A DNA stretch of 63,236 nt, the filler included, from Octopus bimaculoides (Eukaryota), in the NCBI RefSeq assembly GCF_001194135.2. It is 3 parts of 3 records of this genome, joined end to end, with 100 filler letters (N's around TTAATTAATTAA, not from the genome) between each part and the next. Parts side by side here need not be neighbours in the genome. Positions count along the whole stretch, not along the records: positions 29,701 to 61,144 come from NC_068985.1; positions 61,245 to 63,236 come from NW_026391712.1; 1 more part is not named here. One strand, 5' to 3'. The notes under the pieces were generated by a model. That model was given only the letters and a program-made list of their open reading frames with translations. It did not search any database and was not told the origin of the DNA. Positions 49,181 through 63,236 of the stretch are shown here, one piece after another; the stretch's first letter is position 1; each line of letters begins with the position of its first letter. A program made the position numbers and the translations under genes.

Positions 49181-50261
49181 AAAGTAGTGATGCACTCTAC
49201 GAGATATTCTGAAATAAATATTTAGAATTCCAAAAATATAAATTTCTACGTATGAACAAATGTCGATAAAGTGCACCACACTCCATTTCACATAACTACA
49301 GTAATGTGTACCACATAAATTTTAGTGCATCTCTCTTTTCTTTCAGCTGTTGCATCATAGATATTTCCTTGGGAGAGAGGGACCGTTGGGCATCTATGTG
49401 ATCTCGGGCCAATCTTAAGCACCAATAGCCTTTAACTAAAGCATCTACTATAATAATGCACTTGTGCTTTTTCTCCGTCATGAATGACAAAGGAAGGGGT
49501 GATAGATGAATAAGGAAGAAATGGCTGATGGGAAACTGGTAGTGGGTGCGTTTCAACTCTGTGTGAGTGTATGTGCGTATATATGTAAAAGGGAGGTATG
49601 TGAATGTTTGTGTGTGTGGAATGGAAGTGGGATCGTGAACATTCAACGCTGAAAATAAAATAAATCAAACAGTGTTTCAAACCTGTGCCAGTATATGTCT
49701 GTGTGTCTGTGTGTGTTTGTGTAAGATGGAAGTATGGGAATGTTTGTACGTGAACCAGGATTCTTTCAGTAACAAACGATGATCGATATCATATCTCAAA
49801 AGACCACCACTAGATAACATTGACAAGTGTATTAATTTGATTTACCATCCATATTTATATAATAAAATACTAAATTTTTGACGGCGAGGGGCCAGCTAAT
49901 GATACATGTTAAGTGGAAAAGCGGATTCTCGAGGAACGCTTAGTTGTACTGCACTTCCGGTTTGTACTGCACTTCCAGTTTGGTGTATTTGAGACAATAC
50001 ACAATGTGTTTCATATTTTGCACTCACATATCACACACAATGACTGTGAGCTTGGTTCTTTTTTATGCGACTCAGCTAATATATCATTTGCTGATTTGTG
50101 CTGGTATCGTCCAATCGATAATAGATACTCACGTGCACCGTTAACAAAGAAAATCAAAATGATGACACATTAAGTACTTACTAAGAATAAACGTGTGTGT
50201 CATCGTTTTGATTGTAGTTGTTCACTGTATACATGTCAGATTTATTACATTCTGTTTACAT

Positions 50262-50690
50262 AAGGCACTTATAGCAGAGACGTTAGTACGCCGGGCGAAA
50301 TGCTTAGCGGTATTACGTCTGCCGTTACGTTCTGAGTTCAAATTCCGCCGAGGTCGACTTTGCTTTTCATCCTTTCGGGGTCAATAAATTAAGTACCAGT
50401 TACGCACTGGGGTCAATACAACCGACTTAATCCGTTTGTCTGTTCTTTTTTGTCTCCTCTGTATGTAGTCCCTTGTGGGCAGTAAAGAAATAAGAAACGT
50501 TAGTATTCCGGGCGAAATGCTTAGCGGTAATTTGTCTGTCTTAAAGTTCTGAGTTCAAATTCCGCCGAGGTCGACTTTGCTTTTCATCCATTCTGGGTCG
50601 ATAAATTAAGTACCAGTTGCCTACTAGGGTCGATCTAATCGACTGGCCCCTCACCGAATATTTCGGGCCTTCTGCCTAGACTAGAAATGA
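50262..50690 (+). mobile_element. Head-to-tail dimer of family A SINEs with two different tails
   Basis: CCGGGCGAAATGCTTAGCGG and GAGTTCAAATTCCGCCGAGGTCGAC each occur twice; the first tail resembles 17830-18067, the second resembles 5271-5477. Confidence 0.92.
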
Positions 50691-53600
50691 TTATATTTTG
50701 TATAAATGGGTTATTGTGTATACCAGCCTATTTTGGCAGCGAGAAAAAACAAGCTTGGTGGAATCTTGAAACCAGGAACAGTAAGATTATTTCGTGTCCT
50801 CATCAGGCTAGAATTTCACTCATCACAAAACAATAATACGTGACAGAAGTTTTGATCTTTAATGCATCTTAGTACATTTCATTGTATAACATTAAACGAT
50901 AAAATCTTTCATGTATATAGTGATAAGAAATTTACTAGTTAAACAAATACCTGTAACATATAATAACGTTACATCATACATGATTGTAGCTGAATACTTC
51001 CGCAATGCTCAGCTTTCTTAATTGTATTTAGTTACGGAAACAAAATGCACCAGCTCTGAAAGATAACATTGCCGTCAAACCCTTGGCAAGTTGTTAGACA
51101 CGTTATTAACCCAGGCGGCTGGAAATTTCCATAATTTATGTATCGTAGTACAAATTCGTAAATTGCTCTTGACGCTGTAAGAATCCAGCATGATGTGTAA
51201 TTTTTTTTTTTCTTTACAAATATTTTCATCTCACTAGTACACACGTCTATTATGAAACACCGAGCAATATTTCAAGTAAAGAAAAAAAATAGTGTATGAA
51301 ATTATGATTAGAAACTAGAGTTACTTTAGATATATCTCACACATCAAAAAATGCATACACAGCATTTCAATGCTGAATATGTTTAATGTGACAACGTATA
51401 TCTAACGCTTTATACTATGAACATTTTTCATGATCCTATGAGATATAGCACTGGGGAAAATAGCATCATACTTCAACAAAATCCGCCATATATATATAAT
51501 GAAATCAATTTCTCTCTTAAGAAAGATCAATAGCTATTGAAAATACGTGATTTCTAAGCTGCTTGGCGCATGAGACTGTTGTACACTTTCTAAGCCATAA
51601 TGTGCGTGCGTGTGTATATAGCTGTGTATTTTGGCGAATCTGTGTGTGACAGTGAATATGTAAGTGGAACAGCAATAAGAAAGATGTTTGAATGTGTTGG
51701 TGCTTTTATCCGGGATGAATTATAAGGGTTACTGGAGAGAAATCAATAGACGAAACACAAACGTTTGCAAAGTCGATAAATATTACTTATCTCAACAGCT
51801 GGATGCAGGGAGCAAAATAATATTTTTTTTCCCAGCCGACTACAAAAGTGTTTTCAATGTAATTCTTCGCTTTTCATGAAAATAAAACGAAATATCTTAT
51901 TTAGAATGAAACCCTTTCTTTTTTTTTTTAATAAACACTACTATGGTCTAGAATATTGGCAACTGCTAATGTTACTATAAATTGTTCTATAAAAACGTAT
52001 AAATTATTTTTCATTTGCATAATGATGTTGATTATTTATGAAAGGAATCTATCATTTCATGTAACGTGTAAGAATAGTATTATGAGGCTATTATCTCCAA
52101 TGTACAATATTTCAGTTTATTTCACTCATAAGCGCTAAAGAACACACAGTACTTTATGGTTTAAAATATCAGTTTCCCCAATCTGTAATGGTTTTGCAAT
52201 AAGTGTGTCAACATTTATGCAGTGATTCTATGATCGATTATTTATAGATTTACCATTGAAAGAACTACTTATCACCAGGTCTCTTAGGTAATAAAAGCAA
52301 CTCACCGTGGCAGTTTCGTTTGTTAGAAATAACAACTAAATTTCCTTAAGATCACATGTTAGCCGCTTAAAAGAGAAAACCTATACTGGGAAATGTATCT
52401 GTAGATATATCCAATCTGAATAAAATAAAGCTGGCGAAGGTTGTGATATATGTGATCGTAGTTACATCGAACTGGAGCTGCCTTTGAGCTAAACAATAAC
52501 ATCAATATGAGGATATACTGTTAATGCAATCATTTCTGTATTTTAGAATCAGAACAGCTTTGAGCTAGTGATATAATTACAGATTAAAAACATCAATACA
52601 TGAGGCTATGAAGCTGATGTAACTATTTGAGATATCACCTAAAGAGTTGGCATCCTGAAATCAATACCAAACAAGAATGTTTAGGAAGACCAGCCTTGAA
52701 CAATGCCCTATCCAATGAAGAGTTTGAACTCACAAATCTAAGGAGTTCAAACAGATATCAATGATATTGACTTCCACTGTTTACAGGAGTAATTTATGTT
52801 TCCAAATGGTAATATCATCTTTTCTGATTTCAGAGAAGAAGTAACTGCTGTCAGAATATAATTTGAGCATCCGATTCTCTCTTGCATTTGCAAATATATA
52901 CAATATGCAAATACAGTTGTTGATACATAATGTTTTGCTGCATCAATTAAATACATTTCGCATTATTACTGCTTTAAAATGCAATAAAAAATCTATTATT
53001 GGTATAATATCATTTATTATAATGTACTCGTACCGAACACACTTGATACTACAGACAGATATATTATGCAAGTGTCGAACTATAAGATATTCACTTCCAT
53101 TGATACATTATTCTTACGATATTCCTTTGAAGTATTACATGACAGACATTGTTTTGGTAATTCATACTAGTGATTGTTCAGTGTAGATGGCGGAGAACAA
53201 AATATAAACGACAATGTTCTGAAGTTGATATGTTAATAATTATCATAATTTTATATTGTTTGATAAGCTAAACATAATCATAATTACAGACTTTATCAAT
53301 ACTGAATAGTTCACCCAGCCCTCACCTCATTAACTGGTGAAAGATAAGAACAGAAGCATTGGAGGGGGAGATATTATGTTGAGATTAAAAGATTTGAATG
53401 TCATTATAGCATTCAGCCGTGATCAGATCATGCAAATACATCATAACATGACGTAATGGTTTTAACAGATTTCTGAATATTCTCCATTCTCCTATTACTT
53501 CAAAGATTGGCAATAAGATTACGTAATGTATTTCTGAGTATATTAGCAAATAGATCTTGTCTAAGCTCTCCTTATGATCGTAGTAGATTTAGTTGGAACA

Positions 53601-54101
53601 TTAGTTAACAAATGGAAACAAGAAATATGAAAATATTGATTTGTTTTTCATTAGAAGCAAAAGTTTTATCAGGTCAAGTGTAGGCAACCTCTACTACGAT
53701 TACCAATCGTTTCCACCCCCCATGGATGTGTAACAATCTCGTGGAGTAACAAGGTTGCGAAACGATTTTGAATAGTTCAAATTAACGAAATGCTATTTCT
53801 TCCGTAGCATTGCTCCCGTACAAAATATTAAATTACATAATTCTATGTCAATAAATATACAATTAAAAACATATGACATCAAAAACACGTGAGACAAAAA
53901 ATTAAATGTAACGAACTGTCAATGAATGAAGATATTGGTTCAATGGCCTTTACATACCATTATATATGTCAGTCGAATATAAGCAAATAATCATTACGTC
54001 TACACATTCACAAAGATTTATATTCATATATATATANNNNNNNNNNNNNNNNNNNNNNNNNNNNNNNNNNNNNNNNNNNNNNNNNNNNNNNNNNNNNNNN
54101 N

Positions 54102-54143
<42 letters not shown>

Positions 54144-54565
54144 AATTGAAGTAATTGGTGTCAACAAGAAAGGAAACATTTATTTTTTAAACACTACAAT
54201 TCTTTCGACTCATGGTAGTTCACCAGGTGTGCATGTATTTGATTATGCAACTGTTTCCCGGAATAATGTGATCTACTCGGTTTTTCTTCAGGTGATATGT
54301 AAATATCGTCTCCGTAAGTTCATAATCCTCGGCTTCAGGAACATTCTCTGTCTGTCGTGGACTGAATTTAGTAGTAGTCACTTAGATTATCAGGGTGTTT
54401 TGCAGCTGAAGGGCCGTTGGCAGACTGCTTTAAATGTGTAGATGTAGTTGGATGGTGATTCTAGTACTGTGGAAGTGGTTGCCGTTTTAAGGGATTGGTA
54501 TTTTATCTTTTTGTACTGTTGACCATAAACATATATAAGTTTCTGCGTACCATATATGTGTGTGT

Positions 54566-54620
<55 letters not shown>

Positions 54621-54626
54621 TGGTTA

Positions 54627-54790
54627 TATCGTAGCACACCGTCCGTTACGACGACGAGGGTTCCAGTTGATCCAATCAGCGCAACAGCCTGCTCGTGAAA
54701 TTAACGCGCGAGTGGCTAAGCAGTCCACAGACACGTGTATACTTAAAGTTGTTCTTCGGCAGATTCACCGTGACACAGAGTATGACAAGG
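54627..54790 (+). mobile_element. Probable SINE-derived fragment
   Basis: CpG-rich block CCGTTACGACGACGAGGGTTCCAGTTGATCC...CTGCTCGTGAAATTAAC between (GT)n tracts. I recall it as a common octopus repeat; there is no second copy in the window. Confidence 0.4.
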
Positions 54791-56110
54791 TACAACAGAA
54801 ACAAGAACAAAGAGTGAGAGACATTTGGGGTGAAATATACAGCAGGGCTTATTAAGCTCGGTACTAAATCTAACATTCTCTTTTGCCGAACCATGCATCT
54901 CTGTATGTATATATACATATTTATGTATGTGTGTCTGTGTGTCTGTGTATCTGTGAGTGTGTGAATGTGTGTGCTTGCTTGTGTGTTTGTGTACGCGCGC
55001 ATTTTTATTTTTGAACGTGTGAGCGCCGCGCATTTCTGTGTATGTATATATATATCGTAATTATTACGTTGTTATATGCGATTCAAGCACAGACTGGGAT
55101 TAAAACACACATGAGAAACAACGTTTAAATGTAATTAATCTTCAGAATAAGAAATCTTTATTGCACAACAGACTGACAATATAGACAAATGAACAGATAA
55201 GCTCGGGCGGGTCACATTTTTGGACTCCAAATTCCTGATCAGACTAAAGTAGTCCTGTCGAAGAAGGGAATAGAAACCACTTCGCTCTAGGGAATCCTAA
55301 TGTCATGTAAGATATACAATTATATGAAATATTATATATACATATTTTATTACATGATAATGATATGTTTCTGTATAATGGGATCATGGTAGGAGAATTT
55401 ACGAAAATTTGATCTATATCGCATTCAAGGTTTCGCTCCCAAGAGAAAACTGTTCTTGGAATATGATCTGAAGATTATTATCTATCATGACTTTCAAATA
55501 TTTGAATGCCATATGAACTTGTTACAAACATTTACGTCAGCAAAATACCTCGCTTTTCATTCCTAATAAAATGTGTCAAATTTACTCATGTCTCACCAAT
55601 GATATTCTACAATATTTACGGATTTGAATAGCAAACGACTATTCATTATTACTTGAAATCTACGTAAAGCATGACACGTTTAAAAGTAGATAGGCATGAG
55701 TAATTGAATCGTGTCGTAATGTTTTACCTATTCTATTGAATTGGCATCAGTTAGGATGTGTAGAGTACCAATTTCATTGAGAATTCTAATAAACAAAACA
55801 TGTGAAAATATACATATCAATCTACTAATAGAGACATTAATATTTCATTAAATACATGTATATATATACATACTTCCACACTCACTCACACATACATACA
55901 TACATACATATATATNNNNNNNNNNNNNNNNNNNNNNNNNNNNNNNNNNNNNNNNNNNNNNNNNNNNNNNNNNNNNNNNNNNNNNNNNNNNNNNNNNNNN
56001 NNNNNNNNNNNNNNNNNNNNNNNNNNNNNNNNNNNNNNNNNNNNNNNNNNNNNNNNNNNNNTATATATATATATATACATATATACATACATAGATACAT
56101 ACATACACAG

Positions 56111-56154
<44 letters not shown>

Positions 56155-58020
56155 ACACAAAAACACGCATATATATATATTTATAGAGCAATTTATCATT
56201 TTAGATAACATTATTTGATTATTCAAATTAGTGTTCTGAAATTCATGGCTAGACAATAATTAAATTTTCAGGTAACTTAGATCGGAATATTTAGTTTTCA
56301 TAGTATTAAAGTGATATGAATTGTCATGTACGTTGTATTTTTTAATAATATATTAGCATATATTTGGAAAGTAAATTTATTTATAAAAGTTTCAAGACTT
56401 CATTTATGCAAACTAGGAATGTTAACTGCATTCTTAATATAGAACAATAAACCCTCAACTTCAAATTGGACTGATTTTAGCTTTGTATTATTGGAGAAAC
56501 CTAATATTAGTTTAAGAGAAATTTCAATCCATCTTGGCAAATAACAAGAACACAAATATTTTACTTACAAATCTAAAAGAAATGTTAAAAATACAGAAAT
56601 AACAATAGAAATTCGTCGTTTATATATAAATATATATATATGCGAACGTCACTTACCGACACTATGATAATAATGAGATTTCTGGTATCCAGCCATATAC
56701 GTACTTATTTAATGTCTGTCTCCATCATGTATAAATAGAAATCCATCAAATTATATTTTGACCGGTGCCAATGTAGATTGGTGTTCTATTTACAAAATTC
56801 TTTCAGCATTCCTAGCATCTTATTAATTTACAAACTGTCAGAAATTTTAAAAGTAATATTAAATATTTGGTTTCGTGCCGTGTCCCTGTATATTAGAAAA
56901 TACAATAAAAAATGATGCTAATCTCTGCTACTTAGATAAAAGTAAACTACCGAAAAGTTATACTCATAAACTCAATACTCCCAAAATTGCTATTGGCACC
57001 GCTTTTATAGTATTTTTACTGTTTTACCATATTTCTTTATTTTGTTAGTTATTTTGTTTTATCTTCATAGTGTTTGAGTATATTTGACATAAACGTCGTA
57101 TAAAGTTATATACTGGACGTTGTTTTGGAAAAGTGATTGAATAACCTAAAATAGTAATAGATAACTAAGCTTAATAACGATATGAGCGGCTGATACGTCG
57201 TAAAATATCTAAATGAGTAAGATAACGTCCACAAATTCTGAATCGCCTTAAGAGATGAGTAAAGAGAAATATTGATGATTCTAAACGAAAATATATAAAA
57301 TTTAGACTATGAATAAATCTGTTTAGTTAAAAATACAATTCTAATTTATTTTCGAGGCACTTCAGCTTTTACAACCACCTCATGATGGAAGAGAATTAAA
57401 TATTTAAAACAGGTTACAACACTTTTGCAACTAGATCTTATCAAATAATAAAGAATTCTCATCTTCAATAAAATCTAAATAACAATTGAAAAAAAATAAC
57501 GATTTTGAATTCTAATTCCAGTCTTCATACTGAGTTCAGTGCTATAAAATCTATTTCTGATTTTACCTTAAGAATATAAACAGGGAAATTAGGAACCTAT
57601 ATAATCGTTTACATCTGAAAGATAAAAGTGTATAGCTTTACGTTGATTACTTCTGTACATGATGTTCCAAAATAAGATTTAACTAAAATTACACCTTATT
57701 GATTTTCTTGATTTTATTACAGTACCCAGTTGTAAGGGAAAGGAAATTATAATATTTCACCGGGCCACATAACTGTTGCTATTTATCTAAATACTAAAAG
57801 TGATAATAATTACGACGTTTTATGATTTCCATATTCATTTCTATAATGCATTTCCATCAGTTCAGCAATACTGTTGCTATTAACTGATATGTGAAATTGA
57901 AAGGTGATTTCATTTGCATTAGTATTATACACTAGCCACGTAACTGAAATAACACAACGCTAAGTGTGTATGAATATAAATACATACATATACAAAGAGA
58001 TATATAGGTACACTACAAAT

Positions 58021-58063
<43 letters not shown>

Positions 58064-58597
58064 NNNNNNNNNNNNNNNNNNNNNNNNNNNNNNNNNNNNN
58101 NNNNNNNNNNNNNNNNNNNNNNNNNNNNNNNNNNNNNNNNNNNNNNNNNNNNNNNNNNNNNNNNNNNNNNNNNNNNNNNNNNNNNNNNNNNNNNNNNNNN
58201 NNNNNNNNNNNNNNNNNNNNNNNNNNNNNNNNNNNNNNNNNNNNNNNNNNNNNNNNNNNNNNNNNNNNNNNNNNNNNNNNNNNNNNNNNNNNNNNNNNNN
58301 NNNNNNNNNNNNNNNNNNNNNNNNNNNNNNNNNNNNNNNNNNNNNNNNNNNNNNNNNNNNNNNNNNNNNNNNNNNNNNNNNNNNNNNNNNNNNNNATATA
58401 TGTGTGTGTGTATGTATATATATATATGTATGTATAGATATATGTATGTTTGTATTTGGAACAGCGCTATATTTTTAACCTTAGATCATTTTTCCCCTTC
58501 GGACTCAACACAGCCCCCTCCTCCTTATGACTCTCCCCTTTACGACAATGCAACACTTTATTTATTTATTTATTTACTTTTTTTGTTTTATTTATTG

Positions 58598-58634
<37 letters not shown>

Positions 58635-58734
58635 AATATTTTTTTACCTCACCCCCCTCATCCACTTTACATTATTTCCATTATTCACTTTTTTATTACA
58701 ATCACTACAATTTTCCACAATTTATATCATCTCC

Positions 58735-59340
58735 TCCTACACGCACACATACCCACACACAAAAATACACGCACCCATACACACACATGTATGCACACCA
58801 ATCCCCCAACACACCACACACACACACAACATGCATGCATGCACTTACACGCTCAGATTCGCCCACACACTTATACAAACGCACATACACACGCACACTT
58901 GCGCATACACTCACACGCTAACAAACACGCAAACATACACACACACACGCACACCCAAGCATACACACCCTTGCACACATAACCCATATATACCCCCATT
59001 CACACATACCTCACATACCTCCCATACACCTAACACATACACCTCCCACACACCTTACATATATACCGCCCACACACATGACAAACATACATACGCGCCC
59101 TCACACACACATATAGACGAACGCACATATATACACACACACACACGCACAGTGGTAGAGACACACACCTTACACAGCCCTACACACACACAGACACACA
59201 CACACACACACCCATATATACGCGCACGCCTACATACACGTACCTACACAGCCGCATAGATATGCACACGGACACACACACAGAGGAGTGCACACACAAA
59301 ATAACACACATAACTGGCACACATCCTTACGCTCTCACAC
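58735..59340. repeat. Highly degenerate (CA)n-derived low-complexity tract
   Basis: Direct inspection. Confidence 0.85.
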
Positions 59341-59480
59341 ACTACGCTATATGCCCTTAGGAATGAGAAACCAGGTTCAAAATTTCTCCAAGACACCTGA
59401 TGAAGTCTGGAGGGCTTAACAACAAACAAGACGAGGACAAATATCCGTCAAATGTAAATAATGTAAATAATGTAAATATA
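59340..59480 (+). mobile_element. Family F repeat with hammerhead remnant (GAAA and stem III deleted)
   Basis: Homologous to 49073-49180; CTGATGA at 59397-59403; ends in (AATGTAAAT)n. Confidence 0.7.
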
Positions 59481-60946
59481 TTCATGTTGTGACAATACGA
59501 TCATTTTTCTAGACTAATTTATCAAATGTATCGTGCCATCTTACGACTACAGTATATAAATTAAGAGATAATTTAGTGGCTGACATTTCTAGCAGTTTAT
59601 TTCTCAACATCTGTTGTTTATTTTTGATTATGTGCAGGGAACTTAACTAGCCATAGCGGGCTGATATTAGGGTTTCCTCGGATACTTGCTTCTAAAAGAT
59701 TAGCCCCATTGGAAAATAGAAGAAATAGATGACGAGGGAGATCAAATGCGCTGATAAGCATTTTGCTCCACAGCATTGACTTTCAGAAGTCAAAAGATAT
59801 TTTAGAATTATCAGGGAAAACGAATTGAAATTCTGTCAGGTGGTGTGACAACTCTTACATAATATTTGTTAGTATTGATTCGAGTTTGTATAATTTTCTA
59901 ATGGAAATATAGTCAGTGTTTATGGGTATATTTTCCGATATGTCTGAATGTTACTTTGGACTGTCGTCTATAATGGTTGTCTTTCATAATAATAGAGTTC
60001 TTAGCGGTAAAAAGCTTAATTGAGTATGTAAGATGTCAAGTTGTAGTTCCCAGTTGCTTACATCCTTATTCTTTTTCGGTCTAGTATTAGAAACGTGTTT
60101 GGTATTTCAAAATACCTTTGTTACACTTACTTCTAACACGTAAATAGTCTTGTAGATATTAAAGGTACTACAGTCCTATTACGTTCAGAACACGGTATAT
60201 TGGAATTATCTAAACTACAAACCGCTATACTAAATTAATGTATTTAATATCTACAATTACCGATCACATTTTTTTCCATTTCTAGTTTAATCATTTTACT
60301 CCACGTATATTGACTGACTTAGTACATTGCCATTCAACACTGAGCATGAACCTAAAATTATATTAATCTTTCGTTTCCTTCTGATTTGAAGTTACAACTA
60401 ACGAACATGTTCAAACCTTTCTCCAGCTGAACATTTACCATAATATTGCATGACATCTTTTATTGCACATGCTTCTCGAAAATAGAGTTAATAACCTTGG
60501 GCATATTCGGGAAATCAATAGTTACCAAGATCTTGGTAGCGAAGTTAAGTGTCAGTGAAGCAAGCAAAGGCTATGCATACACTGGACTAATTGACATAAA
60601 CTTAACTCATTAAGTGCTTTATATAAACATGCACGCGCACACATATGTGTGCGTGTCTAGGAAGGAACAATGTAGAAAATATGCGTATACACAAGGAGGA
60701 CTAATACAATAATGTTACAGAGTTCTAATGCATAGTGGGCAGTTTGAACAAATATAAACTTATTATGCGTGTATGTGTGAATGTGTGTGAGTGTGCGCGG
60801 TTCTATGAATTGTAAAACTTGTGTTAGTCATAGCATGTCTAACTCGATGTATTTGTGTACTTTTAAGTATATTTTGATTCCGTTATACACACAGGCGCTG
60901 TATTAGGTTTTGATTGTGGCACTTCTCCTGTATCGCACACACACGT

Positions 60947-60989
<43 letters not shown>

Positions 60990-61489
60990 GACACACACAC
61001 ACATACGCACACACACACACACATACACACACACACACACACACGCACACGTATGTTATTTAGTGATTGTTAGTCATTAGATTGCGGCTATAGTAGAGTA
61101 CCGGCTTGAATTTTTAGTCGAATGAAGGAATCGATTTCCGTACTNNNNNNNNNNNNNNNNNNNNNNNNNNNNNNNNNNNNNNNNNNNNTTAATTAATTAA
61201 NNNNNNNNNNNNNNNNNNNNNNNNNNNNNNNNNNNNNNNNNNNNATATATATACACACATACATAGATAAATAGATAGATTCAAAGATAGATAGGTAGAT
61301 TGATATACAGAGAGACACAAAGACAGACAGACAGATAGATCAATAAAGAGATTGACAGGGAGATTAACAGCAACTTAACTAGATAGATAGATAAATAGAT
61401 AGACATAGAGAAAGAAACTGGCCATATCTTGCAAACTTAAAGAAATATTCTTTCGTGATACAAGAAACCACAATTGTGTATAAGTGATA

Positions 61490-61650
61490 GGTGCAGGCCT
61501 CACTCTGTTATTAAGACCTTCGCTTCCTAACCATATTGCTCTAGGTTCAATTCTGCTGTGTGGTACTTAGAGCAATTGTCATCTGCTATAGCTTTGGGTC
61601 GACCAAGGATTTTACATTTGGGTTTGGTAGACGGAAATTGCATAGAAATC
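61490..61650 (+). mobile_element. Family B SINE head
   Basis: GGTTCAATTCTGCTGTGTGGTACTTAGAGCAATTGTC...GGTCGACCAAGG...TTTGGTAGACGGAAA. Confidence 0.65.
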
Positions 61651-61901
61651 CCTGTCCATGTATGTCACCTGGATTGGCCAGGCTGTCTGGTGCCGAGTCG
61701 GATCCGCTGGCCACAGTATTTCTTCCATTCTCCTTGTGCTCTCACCTTTTTCCTCCACGTTGTTAGTCAAATGAAATCGCCCCGCAGTATTTATTTCCTT
61801 TTGTCGAACTTCTAAATTACAGGGACAAAAACAAACCAACACCAGTTGTCAAGTGGTGAAGGGAGAGTAACAGACACAAAGACAAACATACACATACATA
61901 A

Positions 61902-61973
<72 letters not shown>

Positions 61974-62671
61974 NNNNNNNNNNNNNNNNNNNNNNNNNNN
62001 NNNNNNNNNNNNNNNNNNNNNNNNNNNNNNNNNNNNNNNNNNNNNNNNNNNNNNNNNNNNNNNNNNNNNNNNNNNNNNNNNNNNNNNNNNNNNNNNNNNN
62101 NNNNNNNNNNNNNNNNNNNNNNNNNNNNNNNNNNNNNNNNNNNNNNNNNNNNNNNNNNNNNNNNNNNNNNNNNNNNNNNNNNNNNNNNNNNNNNNNNNNN
62201 NNNNNNNNNNNNNNNNNNNNNNNNNNNNNNNNNNNNNNNNNNNNNNNNNNNNNNNNNNNNNNNNNNNNNNNNNNNNNNNNNNNNNNNNNNNNNNNNNNNN
62301 NNNNNNNNNNNNNNNNNNNNNNNNNNNNNNNNNNNNNNNNNNNNNNNNNNNNNNNNNNNNNNNNNNNNNNNNNNNNNNNNNNNNNNNNNNNNNNNNNNNN
62401 NNNNNNNNNNNNNNNNNNNNNNNNNNNNNNNNNNNNNNNNNNNNNNNNNNNNNNNNNNNNNNNNNNNNNNNNNNNNNNNNNNNNNNNNNNNNNNNNNNNN
62501 NNNNNNNNNNNNNNNNNNNNNNNNNNNNNNNNNNNNNNNNNNNNNNNNNNNNNNNNNNNNNNNNNNNNNNNNNNNNNNNNNNNNNNNNNNNNNNNNNNNN
62601 NNNNNNNNNNNNNNNNNNNNNNNNNNNNNNNNNNNNNNNNNNNNNNNNNNNNNNNNNNNNNNNNNNNNNNN

Positions 62672-63010
62672 CCACCACCACCACCACCACGCAACAAGCA
62701 GCACTACCACCGCTACCGTCGCAGCAGCTATCGGCTCTGCTATACGTTTCACTCCCCCGCTCCCCATGCCAACAGCTCTACCGAATTCACAGCAATACTA
62801 CGACCACCACCACTGCTACCGCCAACACTACCACTACTACCACCACAGCCACTGCTGCCACCAACAACATCTCCACCACTATCGCCGCCACCAACACCAC
62901 CACCACCGGTATCATCACCAGCAACAGCAACATCACCACCATCATCACCAGCATCATTATCACCACCACCACCACCACCACCATCACCACCACCACTACC
63001 ATTATCATGG
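62672..63010. repeat. Degenerate (CAC/CAT)n microsatellite
   Basis: Direct inspection; source of the poly-T, poly-H, poly-V and poly-G ORFs. Confidence 0.9.
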
Positions 63011-63090
63011 ACCACTGATGGAAACTTCAGGTGGTTGTTTGGCCTGGTACAAGTATGGCTTTGTATAATGCATGGTACCATATATATATA

Positions 63091-63236
63091 TGGGAGAATT
63101 TACGAAAAAAACAACAGACGAAGACAGGTGGTGTAAGCAACAAATGGATGTATTAGTTTAACACTCGGGAATAGAGAAAGTCCTTGATGTTTTGAGCCTA
63201 CGCTCTTCAACAGAAAGGAACACAGAAAGAAACAAG
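63091..63236 (-). mobile_element. Family E repeat with degenerate hammerhead-like core
   Basis: Minus-strand core (63182-63218): CCTTT-CTGTTGA-A-GAGC-GTAG-GCTC-AAAAC-AT-C-AAGG; homologous to 8141-8285. Confidence 0.65.

Noticed and set aside
49944-49979. 18-bp tandem duplication containing an ETS-like CACTTCCGG
   Set aside because: A short local slippage; a motif match alone does not support a promoter call.
50790-50806. Minus-strand CTGATGA-GGACAC-GAAA hammerhead-like string
   Set aside because: Only a 1-bp stem II, and no stem I or III pairing.
60523-60538. 16-bp perfect palindrome TACCAAGATCTTGGTA
   Set aside because: About one such palindrome is expected by chance in 63 kb.
61189-61200. 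Second TTAATTAATTAA spacer in Ns
   Set aside because: Same assembly linker as at 29645-29656.

Overview
Eukaryotic, AT-rich, repeat-saturated genomic DNA with about 15 N gaps. I can support no intact host protein-coding gene, rRNA, true tRNA or CRISPR array. Nearly all entries in the supplied ORF track are translations of microsatellites or N runs. The SINE families and microsatellite load look like an octopus (coleoid cephalopod) genome; that is inference from recognition, not a database result. Recognisable coding remnants are all transposon-derived: two Penelope-like (PLE) GIY-YIG endonuclease fragments (1-360 minus, 28195-28875 plus), an RTE-clade reverse transcriptase with an in-frame PHD-type finger (29701-30786 minus), an RTE C-terminal fragment (13656-13814), two R4/Dong-like restriction-like-endonuclease fragments (20287-20830, 34266-34656), an internally deleted mariner (37981-38795) and an internally deleted DD37D/maT element (47187-47890 minus). 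The most interesting signal is RNA structure that the ORF track cannot show. There is a complete type I hammerhead ribozyme at 14912-14978 with all three stems and a GUC cleavage site. Six further loci carry degenerate hammerhead-like cores, including a head-to-head pair directly upstream of the first PLE endonuclease. CpG content also appears to shift near 30 kb, from decayed on the left to retained on the right.
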